In this document: positions 27,006 to 40,715 of the stretch, piece after piece
How the letters are laid out: each line of letters starts with the position of its first letter
How positions within the stretch are numbered: position 1 is the first letter of the stretch
Source: Lama glama
Taxonomy: Eukaryota
Direction: 5' to 3'
Assembly (NCBI GenBank): GCA_028534125.1
Contig: CM052817.1
Coordinates: 29,390,001 to 29,454,000 of the forward strand
DNA: 64,000 nucleotides
Position numbers and translations under genes: made by a program
The notes under the pieces: generated by a model
Told to the model about the DNA's origin: nothing
The model's input: the letters and a program-made list of their open reading frames with translations, nothing else
Database searches by the model: none

Positions 27006-28103
27006 GGGGCTGGCTTCCCAGCTCTGACTATCTTTGATTGGAAGGCTTAGTAGATCAGTGGTAAAAAAAAATAGATACAAAAATGCATCATTCATTTACA
27101 TTTTGTTGATTTATGGTAAATTATGGTTTATGGCCTATTTCCTGAAACCATGATAAACAAATATACCAGGGAGAATCCGTATGAGAACTCAGCAACAATA
27201 ATAACCACTTATCAAATTAAGAAAATTCATTTGCGTTTTCAAAAGGAGACAAGGACAAAAGAAGTTAAAAAAGACTCAGTGGAGAACTTGCTTGCCAGGA
27301 GCTTTATCTTTACAGTCTGTTTGCTCTCCCTGTTTGATTTGACTCCTCCCTTCTTATTCAGATTCTCCCACTGATGAAAATAGAGGTGGGAAGACTCTTG
27401 AGGGGGACTATAATGACAGTACTGTAAAGTAGTAATTATAGACTCTGGAGTTTTTTTTTTTTTTTTTTGAAATGGCTTGTACTAGGGAAGAATCCTGAAG
27501 TATTAGCATTGACATAAATATTTCCTCTTAGAAAGCACTGGCCCAGAAGTGCAAGTTTAGGCACAGAACAGGTGCTTCTCACTATGGAATAATGTCTGTC
27601 ACTGTCTTTTAAATAGTGGGTCAAATCGTTCAGCACTTTAAAAAGCTGAGGAAAAGTTGCCTGATTTCCTAGAGTGTGAATGCAATAGAAGTTATAATGC
27701 CTATTACACATAAGATATTATTACTCTCAGATCATTTAACTCAGTATCTGAAAGCTTAGCATGAATATAAAACTGATTTTTTTCCTGCTTCTGATAGTAG
27801 AACACAACCCTAGTCCCTCCCTTACCTCCACAGCAACTCAGAAAGTACCAGCAATATATTCCTTCTACGCAGAGAGATACGACTTACCCACATGAAAGTC
27901 CTTGACCACTCATGTCTGTACTTTTCCTATTACAATGTTAATCACAATATATGGTAACGTTCTCTTCACTCATCCCTGTTCTTCATGAGGCTGTGAGGTC
28001 CTTGCGAACACAAACTACGTCATGTTCTCCCAAAAGAACTAGAATGCTCCTTGGTACAGAGCAGTCATTTGGCAGGACTGGTCGACTAAGCAGAGGCTCG
28101 TCC

Positions 28104-28608
28104 TGTGTCAGTTTTCTATTGCAGCTGCAACAACTACGTAGTGACTGAGGACAATGCAAATTAATTATTTTACAATTCTGTAGGTCAGAAGTCAAACATG
28201 GATCTCACTGGGCTAAAATTAAGAGGTCAATGGGGCTTCATTCCTTCTGAGACTCTAGAGAAGAGTCCATTTTGTTGCTTTCACCGGCTTCTAGAGGCCA
28301 CCCACATTCCTTGGCTCATGGCTGCTTCCTCTGTCTCCAAGGTGCGGTGTGTAGCACCTTTGGCCAGCATTTTATAGTGATCTCCGGTTTCTTCTGCATC
28401 TCATCCCACTTTTAAGGACTTCTGTAATTACTTTGGGCCCACCGGAATATCTAGGAGAATATCCCCATTTTAAGGTCAGCTGATTAGCAATTTTAATTTC
28501 ACCTGCAACTTTAATGTAATTTTGCCACAAAATGTAACATGTTCACGTGTTCCAGAGATTAGGGTGTGGGCATCTCTGGAGCACAGGAGCATTATTCTAC
28601 CTAGCACA
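28104..28608 (-). mobile_element. MaLR solo LTR (MLT1D-like)
   Basis: 'ttctgtaggtcagaagtc', 'ttctagaggccacccacattccttggctcatggc', 'ttaaggtcagctgattagcaa', end 'attattctacctagcaca'; flanks cgtcc/cttcc. Confidence 0.85.
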
Positions 28609-28685
28609 CTTCCTGTCTTCTCTTCCAAAGTAAGCTTGACAGTAAAAGAGGAATGGAAGGTGTGGAATGTGGCTCACACAAGGCC

Positions 28686-29305
28686 CTGTCTAACCTCCAA
28701 CTTCCTATATATTTCTTTCTGTATTGTTGAAGCTGGACAGCTAGAACTGTGTATCCCAAGTTCCTCTGCAGTTAGTTTTCCAGCTGTGATTTAGGTCTGA
28801 GAATCAGGTACACTGCAGAGACACTTGAATTCCATAATAAGGGAATTAAGGAAAGAAGAAGGGACAAGGAAGACATTCATTTTTCTGGTGCATGGTGTGG
28901 CAAAGGAATTCATAGGTCTGCATTCACTGCTTCCATGATTGGCAGTTTTCTACAGTCAGGGTGGCATTTACCCAGTTGTGGCAGAGTCAGCGTGGCGCTG
29001 GGTTTACCAGTTTTCTGATTTGGTAACTACAGTTTTCCTGGGCAAGGGCAGGATGCTTCTAGGGGCTTGATGGTTTCCTGGGATGCTCCTTCAGCACTTG
29101 CAGCCCAGTTTTAAAGAATGGTCTATACGACAAGACTGTATTCCATCAATTCTAAATGTATTTTCCCACTTTTAATTCTTTCTTAGTAGTACATGAAATA
29201 ATGATGTGTCTTATAATCAACACTATCAATTATGTGAAATATTGTACATTTCCTTCTGGGAAAACCGTCTAGCATGGTTTCTACAACTCAGTCCTATCTG
29301 ATACA
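28686..29305 (+). mobile_element. Old ERVL LTR (LTR33-like) with nested DNA element
   Basis: 'gaagctggacagctagaactgtgtatcccaag' near the start; end 'ctagcatggtttcta...ctgataca'. Confidence 0.5.
29136..29244. mobile_element. TcMar MITE (MER104-like)
   Basis: Ends 'ctgtattccatcaattctaa' and 'tgaaatattg|ta' resemble CCGTATTTCATCGATTCTAA TIRs with CpG decay. Confidence 0.5.
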
Positions 29306-31450
29306 GGTAGTCACTGTTGCAATGTTAGGTCAACAGTTTATGACGTACAGAAAATGAGTATCTGACCTTAAAAACTCAACTCTAAGACACAAACATAATC
29401 TGCTGTTTTCTCTTCTAATATCTGTATTTTGACCATCAATGACAAAAATGGATTTTTATTCAGAAAAATAATACACCTGCAAATACATTGCTACATAAGA
29501 TGTACAGGATGTCTTTAACAAGGCAGATTTATCATAATTTTTTAAGGCATTAAACCATATCAACATGGATTCCCTAAGGGATAAGCAATTCTGATTAATA
29601 GACTTTCACAAATCAATATTTTCAGAAGCTGCAATTTATTACATGCCGGAGATTTTAAGTACTCCAAATCTCATTATTTTTCTCTACTTTAAATTGTTGT
29701 ATATGAAAAAAATCACCAATTTTAAGGAAGCAGGCATAATGTTGGAAAAAGTTGTTTTTCACCTCAACTTTCAATGTTAATTTATATATTCAACTTGTAA
29801 ACAAAAGTGTTCAGATTCAGAATATGAAATATAATGACATAAGCGACCCACTATAAAACATTTAACCTTGTGCTAACAATAAACGTGCAATTATAATTTT
29901 ACTTGTGTGCTTTTAAAAGTCAAACATTAAAAACAACTTGACACACCAGTTACTTGATGTTTAACCCTTTACATTCCAGGAATTACATTTTGATAGAAAT
30001 GTTTCTAAAATGTTTTCTATGCCTCCTTGCTTCTTATTTTAAACTGTATCAAACTTTTCTCATGATACAGGCTTCTATGATTGCTAAACGTTGTGACCAG
30101 GTGCAGATCTAGGTGGGATGGGATATATTACTGTTGGGGCATTTATAACCATGTAGGCACTGAAGCTTTTCTTGAAAAATAATTCCAGTGCTTAGCATAC
30201 TTGTTTTTGTATCTCTTTTTTTCTGATGAATGATGAGTTTAAAATGAACAGTTTCATGGCTTCCTAAGCAGAGCTCAAAAGCTGCATTTCTGTAAAAAGA
30301 ATTTGTGCAAGAAAGGCTGATGCAGAAAATGATCTCTGAGTAGAAAATTACCTTATTATTACCTCCTCTCATCGTGTCTGTTGACTTATCTACATAAGTT
30401 GCAACACTATTATTTCTGTATCACTAACACCAATCAGAGTGTACTCTGGGTTTTCTGTTTTGCTGCCCTATTTGTTCAGGCTGAATATTCTTCATTATTT
30501 CAAATATTTATGACAATAAATTTCTGGAAGACTCAGTAAAATTGTATATATTCTTTATCTTTATTGGATAACTTACGTTTACCTGATACCAGACTACAAT
30601 TTTTACTAACTTTTAAAGAGTAACACAAACACAAGTAAATTTATAATTGTATCTTTATTCTAAAAATAATATTGAATATTCTTTAATGGATCTTTTGTGT
30701 GGTAACTTTTCCCATTTAGAAGCTGAATAACAGTTCATAGGAACAACACTGAAAAATCTAAGAAGAAAATAAAAAGTATTTTTTCAAGTTCATGCCTGTT
30801 TCCTTAAAGTTTCTCAGTGTTCCATATGCAACAGAAAACTACTGGATCCCTACCATATGTCAAGCATGTGTTAGATCTGCAAAAAGAAAGATTTAGCAAC
30901 ACACCAAATGATACTGCTATCTCAGGACAGCATCTGTTTCATTGAAAATACATAGGAAGGATAAAACCAATCAGAGTGTGCTTTCATTTATCTCTAACAA
31001 GTTTCTGTTCTGTCAGTAACAAGTAAGAATGCATAACAAACACTGTGTTATCTAATATATACAATTCCATATTGAGTTTCAGACCATAGTTTTAGATTAA
31101 CTTGAAGCAAGGAAAACATAGTTACTATGTCTTATTTCAAATGCACAAATTATTTCAACATTTTATGCCTCTTACCATCTCTGAAAATTGTGTCATCCAT
31201 TTACAATAGCATCAAGAAAACTTCTAATTACAGCTTTACATGCCCAGCTCTAGAAAACTCCATCTTTGCTCTGAAGTCAAAACATGATCCAGATCTATGT
31301 AAATGTTAATAAGTTGATAACCTTAATACCCCTTTTAAGGGAACCCTTAACCTTTACTGAAATGAAGACCCAGTTTTAAATTTAAGTAGAGAAATGCCAT
31401 AGAAAATGTCTCTTATAAAAAGGGAAAACTGCATGACAACAAGGATTTTT

Positions 31451-31544
31451 AAAAAATATTGAACAAGTTTGTGCGTCATCCTTGCACAGGGGCCAGGCTA
31501 ATCTTCTCTGTATCATTACAATTTTGTGCTGCTGAAATGAGCAC
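31451..31544 (-). pseudogene. RNU6: U6 snRNA retropseudogene
   Basis: Minus strand GTGCTCATTTCAGCAGCAC..AAAATTGTAATGATACAGAGAAGATTAGCCTGGCCCCTGTGCAAGGATGACGCACAAACTT..GTTCAATATTTTTT; ACAGAGA box present; two deletions of about 7 nt; flanks aaggattttt/agggattttt. Confidence 0.95.
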
Positions 31545-31864
31545 AGGGATTTTTCATCAGTCGCCTCCTTGGAACTCGCTCATATTTATTCCCAGTGCTC
31601 CCTAAACTCTCTAAATCCAAGGATATTCTGCTTACTTCTAAATTTCTAGTTAGTAAATATAGAGGGAGAATGAATCAAAAGTTGGATCCTTGTACTTTTT
31701 CTTTAGTACAGCTAAAACAGAATAAAATTGTTAAAAACATATCTTTAAAAATCAAGGTAAAGATAAAAATGCCTTTTTAAAAAGCAATTCATTTACATTA
31801 ATAAGATAGAAACTTGTAATTATCAGAAACTCAAATGTTCCATCCTCATTAGGAATATGAGATG

Positions 31865-33045
31865 ATTTTATATATGTAAACATTGTGAAATTGTTTTCAC
31901 AATCAAGTTAACATATTTATAACCTCACATAGTTCCTTTTTTATTTGTTTTTGGTAAGGATGCCTAAAGTCTACAATCTTAACAATTTCAAGTATATAAT
32001 ACAGTATTAAATATAATCATCATGCTATAATTAGTTTCTCGGAACTTATTTATCTTATAACTGAAAATTTGTGCCCTTTGATCAGTTTTTCCCCATTTCC
32101 CTCATTCCTCAAGCCTCTGGAAACCTATATTCTACTCTCTCTGAGTTTGTTTATATATTTATTTAAAATTCCATTTAAGTGATACCATTCTGTGTCAGGC
32201 TTATTTCACTTAGCATTATGCCTCTAATTTTATCCATATTTTCACAGATGAAAATTTCTTTACTGTGGCTGAATAATACTTCACTGTGTGTGTGGCATTC
32301 TCTTTATCCATTCATTTGTTGAAGGCATCTAGGTTGTTTCCATATCTTGGCTACTGTGAACAGTGATGCAATGAACATGGAAGTGCAGATAACTCTTTGA
32401 GATAATGATTTTGTTAGCTTTGGATATATTCCCAGAAGTGAGATTGATGGATCACATGTTAGCTCTATGTTTCATTTTTTTAGGAACCACCATACCGTTT
32501 TCCATAATTGGTGTACCAATTTACATTCCCATCAAAGAATGTAGCCAGGTTCTCTTTTCTCCACATCTTTGCTAGCACTTACCTCCTATATTTTTGAAAA
32601 TAGCCATCCTTAGCAGGTATAAGGTGATATCACTGTGCTTTGAATTTGCATTTCCCTAATAATTAGTGATGTTGACAGCCTTTTCATGAATCTGTTGTCC
32701 ATTTATGTCTTCTTTGGAAAAATGTCTATTCAGATCCTTTGCCCATTTTTAACTGGATTATTTTGTTTTGTTTTTGCTATTGAGTTGTAAGAGTTCCTTA
32801 TATATTTTGGATATTAACCTCTTCTTGGTTATATGGCTTACAAATATTTTCTCCTATTCTGTCGGTTGTTTTTAATTTTGTTGATCATTTATTTTGGTGT
32901 GTAAAAGCTTTTTAGTTTGATGTAGTCTTACTTGTTAAATTTTTCTTTCGTTTGTGCTTTTTGTGTCATATACAAAAAATCATTGCAAAGACCAAATCAA
33001 GGAGATTTTCTTTTAGAATGTGTACAGTTTCAGGTTTTATGTTCT
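31865..33045 (-). mobile_element. Older L1 3' end (L1MA-like)
   Basis: 'ggcttatttcacttagcattatg', 'gcaatgaacatggaagtgcagat', 'aaaatgtctattcagatcctttgcccattttt'. Confidence 0.85.
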
Positions 33046-33384
33046 TTGGGCTTTAAATTCAGAGAGGTCAGTATTTTGTACCCTGATGCAGTCTTGAGTA
33101 TCTGTGAGAATGTGAGCAAGTTAATAAAGTTCCCATTTCTTAGTTATGAACTTTTCATTTTTCAGATTCCTTATCTGGTTAAAGTTAAAAGTGCTAATAC
33201 AAGTACTCTATATAGTAAGCACTCCAAAATGTTACTATTCTTTTTATGGTAAATTTTCAGAAATGTTCTTAGTATTATTATCATTTTGATTTTAAATTGT
33301 TATTTTTACTAAAACATATATATTCAGCTATATTCTTTGGCAAGGTATATTGTTAGAGTTACACCTATTTTATTAAAGATTGGT

Positions 33385-34225
33385 ATAATTTTTAATTGAC
33401 TTTTTAAGCTATAATTTACATGCAATATAATACATCTGTTTTAAGTATACATTTTCCTGAGTGTTGAGAAATGTGTGTTCAGTGGAACTGCCCACGGCAA
33501 ATAAGTAGTGGATCATATCCATTATACTAAGAAATCTACTCAGTCACTCACCTAGCCCTAGGAAACCTCTTTTGCTGCCACAGAGATTAGCTTTGGCTTT
33601 CCCATGAGACTTATACATTATACCTTCTATTGTGACTAGCTACTGCCCCTTAGCATAATGCATTTGAAACCTCAAGTAGCAGGAGTCCCTTCCTTTTTAT
33701 TGCTGTATAGTATTTTACCATATGAATATACGGTGGCTTTCAAAAATCTAGTCATCTGTTGATGGAAATTTTGGTTGGTTGCAGTTTTGGCAGTCAGAAT
33801 ATAAGCTGCTATCAACACTTGTATATATATCATTGCGTGAACATATGTTTTTATTTCTCTTGGGGAAAGTACTGATAACTAGTATTTTTAGGTTGTAAGA
33901 GTAACTTTGTAAGAAACTGTCACACTATTTTTCAAAATGGTTTTGCCATATTAAATTTATGGCAGCAGTGTGTGAGTTCCAGTTGTTTTGCGTATTGCCA
34001 ACACATGATATTATTAGTCATTTTAGTATTATTCACTCTGAGTTTTCCAATATTACTTCATTGTGCTTCTAATTTACATTTCCCTAAAAACTAATGATGC
34101 TGAGCATCTTTTCATGGACTTATTAGTCGTTTTCATATCATGTTTTGTGAGGTGACTGTTCAAATCTTGCCCATTTTTACTGGCTTATTTGTAGGCTTGT
34201 TACTGAATTGTAAGAGCATATTATT
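33385..34225 (-). mobile_element. Ancient L1 3' end (L1ME/L1MC-like)
   Basis: 'ctataatttacatgcaatataatacatctgttttaagtatac', 'aactttgtaagaaactgtcacactatttttcaaaatgg', 'tgatgctgagcatcttttcatg'. Confidence 0.8.
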
Positions 34226-35111
34226 TTAAAATGCTTCCTCTGCAATTAAAATGTAATTCTCTCTGCAACTGCAAACACAGAATCCAAACTGCTAGATACC
34301 TAATGTAATGACAGAGTTTCTAGAACAAAAACAATCTTCAATGTTACTCTGAACACACTTTCAGTTCAGAAATAAATTTACATAGACTTGAGATCAGAGA
34401 TGATCTGGGAGTCACTCTGGTCACCATGTCCACTAGATATTTTTGACCCTGAATCAGTTTCATAGATTCTGCCACATTGTGAATCAAACAAAACATTGAA
34501 GATGTAACAAATGCCTCTTAAAGTCTTGCCAATTATTAGCTTTTTGGATTTGAAAACACAATACATTTGCCATGTAGATGCTAAAGTAATTCACATAATG
34601 TAAAATATGAGTATTCAAACACTGGGGACCTATTAGTTGCAGTAAGATACAAATTTTGCACAGAACTTCTTTCATAGTTTTTATAGTAATATGAAATAGA
34701 CAATACATTGACTAAATTGTATAAATTATCAGAGGTTAACACTTTCTTTTCTTTTTAGAAAATTGATTAGTTTCTAATCTCAATGGATGTTAGGTCTTAT
34801 TTATCCTTGACAAGCTTATTTCTTAGAGTTCCCTAAGGTGTGTTAAACACAAAAGGTAATACTAGTTCTTAATTATATTTCTATCATTGAGGTATTTCAA
34901 TTCATTAAAGTGCCACCTAGCTAGAATTCTGTTTCTCTAGAGACTGATTACTTAAAGCTATTGTTTTTCTCTTTAAATGGCAATCAATTTATGTATGAGC
35001 CCAGCAAATCAAAACCCAACAAGAACCTTATTTTACCTGAGCATCAAAATTTGTCTTGTTTGGTTCTGATTCTCTTGATGTTAAAGCTGCTTGGCACTTG
35101 TGGAACTATAC

Positions 35112-35250
35112 ATTTTCATTCATTTATTAATTCCTTCAACAAAAACACAGGGAACATCATTATGCACCAGGTACCACTGTTAAGAGTTGAGGACACACAC
35201 ACAGGAACTCAGATCAAACTTTGCCTTAAAGTGGCCCAGTGTCTACTGAG
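35112..35250 (-). mobile_element. L2 3' end
   Basis: 'ttcattcatttattaattccttcaacaaa...tatgcaccaggtac'. Confidence 0.55.
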
Positions 35251-38139
35251 AGAAAAAATTTGTTCATAGGTTGTCACAGCTTTTAAGTAGTCCATTTACA
35301 CTGGAGTAAATGCCTTTGAGAGTTAGCACACTTATGTGGACTCACAGGGACCTTGTTAGAAACATCATTGTTCACGGGGAGCAGCTTGCTAAGTTTGCTT
35401 ATCCTGGGTATTGTATATTTGATTGCATTAATCAGGTAAGATTTTTCAAGTTCATAAGTTTATGTATTTATAATGGCAGAAAATTGGGGAGAATTATATG
35501 TTTTGAGTTGGAACTTTACATACCCTACAAACAAAATTAGTTGAAAATGACAACTAACAGTGCAGATGAAATATTTTTCTTACCTACACTGAGGCCTACA
35601 GTAGGTTTTTTATGTTATTCACTCATCTTCATATTTTAGTAACTTATATAAGCACTTACTATAGATGAGAGGATAATCTATTATTTGACTGAGTCCTTCC
35701 TTTTTCTCAGGTTCTAAGAATCCTCTTCACTATCAAATATACTTATTTTTAATATCCTGGATTGATGGAGGATGCTGCTTTCTAGTTTCAGAGCTGATAT
35801 TTTAAGTCTCTGCTTACGCACTGGCCTAGAAATTCTTCTCAAATACAGAAATGATTTTCTTATCATGAATTCCCTTATGGAAAATTCCATTATATGCAAC
35901 TTGATTTCTGTATGTATTTTGAGAAATGTAATCATTTGTGTTCCAATATATTTGAAACATAAGTTGCTGTTGTAAATAATTTTCAAGTTTTGCTACTGAA
36001 ACATAAGGAAATAAATAAATGAGAAAAGTTAAAATATAAAACTAAGAAGTCTTGACAGTAAAAATGGGAATTAAATGGGGGTGGAGACATTTGCCATGGT
36101 TGCTGGAAAGAGGTGGAGGCACGTGAGAGAAAGTCACCCTGAGCCTTGGGCTTGAATTGTTGCCTCCTGTTGCCAAGTGGAAACCACCACGTGCTTAGAA
36201 TGAACCACTTATTCTGTGCTGGGACTAAAAATCTCCCTGGTTGCAGTTAAATTCTGTATCCTTGTGGAAATCGAGAATTGCTTAATTAGATCTGCTGAAG
36301 TCGTTTAAACAAAGGATGCTGAACATTTTCTTATATTCCCTGCATTTGAGTTTTCTGTGAACCAGAAGTTGGAGCAGGGAGGTAGTTGTCAGCAATTCCA
36401 AGTGATAAGACTGGTGATTTTTCAAAATAATTCATTGAGACACTCATATAACAGGCAAGCTTATCACAATGTTTCTGCAATGTTCCCAAGTATCCAGTTT
36501 TTGATTTATATCAGAACCAACAGGAATGCACTCATTGGGCTTAATTCCATTTATAAACGTAACATTTGAAAGCTAATGCTTTCTAAAAAGTTTGCACGAC
36601 CTTGTTATTACGATTAAATTGTCTTTTGCTGACAATGTTTTTACCACAAGAATGTCAGAAGCATAGCCCAGTTTTGCTTAAGACCTAAATATTTATTGGT
36701 TTAAGGTGACATAACAGACACGTCGACATACTTTCAGGTTCAAGTTAGAGGTAGAATCCTCAGTTGCTTACTACCAATACTGTTTTTCATTGAATCTGTA
36801 CTCCCTAATATTTACTCTATTTTAGAATTTAGTTCTATCATCAGTGATATAAAAAACCATCCTATTAGATGACAGTATAATTAATGATAAAAGATAAGCA
36901 AGTTCATAACAGAATAGTCCCTTATTACCAAAAAAATGTTTTCAAACTCAACTCAAACTTATGGCAATTACCTACTGAAAACCTGAACTATAGTAACCCT
37001 GACTTACACAGCATTGCTCTTAGCAAAATCAGCATCACGATGTGTTTATTTCTTTGTATGAGTAAACACTAGGCAGGTTTGTGCTGTTCTGAATTCTGCA
37101 GTGTTTTTATTTATATTGTCCTTATTTTTTATATTATGCTATTTATTCCTTTCCTGTTTCCCCCACTGACTCCACAAGTCATATATTCTTACCTCGGGTG
37201 CCGTTTATTACACTGAATTTCAAGTGAGTCATTATACCTTGGCAAGTTTATATGCCTTTGCTCTGCTAGTCTCTATGAAGAAAGCTAAAATCAGTGATAG
37301 CTATTTGGACTTACCTATGCTCAGCTGTTAAGCATCCGGAAGTGAGAGTGTGAAATTCTTTAGCATAATGGATTGGATCTATTTCTATGTTATTTCTCTA
37401 ATTAGGGTATATATGAGTGATGAGTAGAGGTAGTGTTTCACTGTTTTCAAAGCTTTGGTGAAGATCTTAGAATAGTTTCTTTAGGTCCCTTTTCATAACA
37501 CGAAGACCCCTACCTTAAGTATCTAAGCTCCAGCTTCGTTATCAGGGAGAATGTTTGCCTGGATCAATTAAAGAGAGGAGGTTAAAATGGGAATTTTGGA
37601 TGGAGCTAAACAGCATCTGGGGGCACCGATAGGTGTCACTGCTGTAGATAAAATACACTGTATGATCTTTATACGAATGAGATATTGGCTGACATAGATG
37701 CTTGGACGTGTATCTGGTATTTCTTTAAATGAGGATTGGAATTCTGCTCCCATTCAAATATTGATACTATTCTTTTGGATGAAGGCTGCTTGGTCTCTGA
37801 TGCTGGTCTCTCCAAAGTCAGCCTCATGAATCAGGGCCTTGATAATCTATTACCTGGTCATGTTCCATTTTATAGCTTTCTCCTCTTTCCAACTTGTTGA
37901 ATTTTATTTTATTATAGGTTAGAAAAAAACGTAGCTCATCATGCATTCTCATTAACTTGGGCTTTATAATTACCTTCATGTTTTGAGTTCATTTCATTCT
38001 TGGCCTAAGAACTCTTATCTAAATCACTTGTCTTGTTCAAATAATTTAGCCCTTATAAAGTCACTTCAAGCTTGTATTTCTTCATATAAGTCACAAGAAT
38101 TTACTCGGAAAATTAAAATAAAATTGTTGTTTTTTGCTT

Positions 38140-38420
38140 TATATATGTATTTATTTGTTCAGGTTCAATGTTGACTGAGGGCTTACAATGGTTCTAGGCA
38201 TTGCTTTTTGCTTTTCGTTTATTTATTTATTTATTTATTTTAGTGCTGGAGACAAATTAGACAATAGAATTAATCACTGGGCTATTTGTCCTTCCTTAAC
38301 ATAAATTAGTCAGTAAGCCTGTAGGAACTCAGGACAAGAAAAATTCAAAGAAAGGGGGAAACCAAGAAAGCTTCACGGAGACGGATCATTAAAGGATTTG
38401 TAGAATAACCCGAGATTCTG
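38140..38420 (-). mobile_element. L2 3' fragment with (TTTA)n
   Basis: 'atgttgactgagggcttacaatggttctaggcattg..agtgctggagacaaa'. Confidence 0.45.
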
Positions 38421-40589
38421 GAGGCTCAGGTGTGTTGTACATGCTACCTACATCTCTGCGTTCGCTTTTGGTGGCAGCTGATGAAGAAAAGAAAACTGGG
38501 AAAATTTTAGGGAAAAGCATAAACAATTACTGTTCTGCGTTAACTCTGATTGACAAGGCTTGACTACCTAGGCAGGAAGCGTTTTTAGGGTGGGACAACA
38601 TACTCATACTAACTATGATGTTAAAAATGCATTCTGCATCTCAGAGGAGATCCTTTGAATATTGGATTTAGATAAACAATCTATTTGGATGCTTGGCATT
38701 CTGTCAGATGAAAAGGGAATCTCCTGAGATGTCTATCAACAGAAGAGGACTTCTCTAGGAGGATAAAAAGTTAATTAATGATTTATTGACCTGCTGAAAG
38801 GCTAGTTGAGAGATACGGCTCACCCCTGCTGCTCAGTCATTTGGGAGTTCTCATTTCACTTTGCTATAAAATGGATTCATTAGTATTCTAACTGCTTATT
38901 TTATTGTCGCTGTAGCTATGGCTGGAGTTACCGCTTTATTCTTACCAAGCAAAGATGTTTAATGATATTTTTATTTTGAAAATAAAAAAGCCTTATATTC
39001 TCACATGGCACATCCTGCCAGAGTACAGCTGCTACATGGATAAAGGTCAAATGAAGCAAACAGTCCAGGGTCTAACTAGATTCATTTTACTTATTTTTTT
39101 TTGTTTAAGAATAACCACGTACAAGTCCAAAATGATCTCAGTTTTATTATTTCCCTGGAATTGGAGCTTAAAGACTTTTCTATCTTTTGAGAGCTGAGTT
39201 GTTCAAAATACCAAAAATTAAAAAAAAATTGGAAAGCTATCCATAATTAAAACTATTTAAATTTTGTAGTCATGCGAGTAAGATTGGAACAAAAGGAGTT
39301 GTCAAATTGACTTGATTGATAACAGGGCTGTAAGTAATTTTTAAAAGTCTATTGTTCTTATGATTTCATATGACAGTGAATAAAATAGCCAAGAAATATT
39401 TAGAAATAAATCTAAGGAATATATATCCTTGCACATTTTAGCAGTCACAAGGATGAAAATATAATTGAGAAGCACCTTTTCTAATTAGTATGTGGCAAAT
39501 GTTGATACTATAAAAAACATTACTATGACTGAAGAAAATATAGGAAAGGGCCATGTGAGAAGAAAGAAACTCATCTTCAGTGTCAGTAGATGCATTACCC
39601 AGTAATTTACCAAAACTCACATGAGGAAGCAGTAAGCAATGCTTGAAGTCTTTTATAAAAAAAGCCATCCACCTGCCAGGCTATGGTTTCAGGGATTAGT
39701 AACACAGATTAACTTTTCAGTTAACACCCCTCTTAATATTGGATTTATTTTTTCATAAGAAAATACAGACACATTGGTGTCTTAAAATTCATGAAACTCC
39801 CAAATTAAGGCAGATGCTTTAGCTTATTACAGCCACATGCAAACAAAGAAAATACAAGAACGCAGTAGAATTTTGAAAATCCTGATTAGACTTGAAGGGT
39901 ACTACTAACAGCTTAGATTTGCACAGTGAATTAACAGGTATATGTCTATTATGTGTACAATAGAAGTTCTGTACTGTATTTTCTGGCCAGAACCTCTGAT
40001 CACACTACAAATGAATGCTCCTTAGTTGAAAAAAGGAAAAAAATAGACTCAAAGGAAGAAGGAAAAATGTATTAATATAAAAGTATATACACACACACAC
40101 ATACACAATTGATATTTTAAATTTTAAAATGTATGATGATGAGTCATTAAAGCTTACTGCTTTCTACTTCATATTTCAGTAAAGCCTTTATTATAGAGTC
40201 TAAAAAATAAGATATATGATAATTGTGAAGAAGCATTTGACTTCTTTTTGAAATCTACTTGATTATAGATTCAAGTCATTGAATCTATATTTGGTTCCCT
40301 TTATGGAAACCAGAAAAATGTCACAGAGGGAAAACACTCAGTGGTTCTCAGAAAAATAACAATAGAGCTCTTAATATTTAGCAAAGATTTCACCTTAACT
40401 GTGTTTACCTCATATTTTCTTTTATAAGCTTAGGACATGGTCTATTATAGAAAAGGTACAGGACAAAATGTATTAATCATGTGATCTTTGTAACATGAAT
40501 GGCAGAGTGTAAAACAACAGAAAAAAATTGAGTATGCATGGGAAGAAAAATATTGTAGCCTTGATTCTGACACATTCTGCTTTTTTGAT

Positions 40590-40715
40590 GTTGGATAAGT
40601 GACATTCTGCTTTAAGCCTCAATTTCCTGATGTAAAATGGATATACAACCTTTCCTGAGACTCTCAATTGTGTTGCAAAGAGCAGAAGATGTAACATACG
40701 AGAAAGCACTTTCAA
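40590..40715 (+). mobile_element. MIR fragment
   Basis: 'aagcctcaatttcctgatgtaaaatggata...gaaagcacttt'. Confidence 0.6.

Noticed and set aside
34378..34468. Possible terminal coding exon (IYETDSGSKISSGHGDQSDSQIISDLKSM)
   Set aside because: No recognisable protein, and its phase does not match the nearest candidate upstream exon (about 35826-35745).
40264..40289. 11-bp perfect inverted repeat (tatagattcaa-gtca-ttgaatctata)
   Set aside because: Plausible by chance in 64 kb of AT-rich DNA, and too short for a pre-miRNA.
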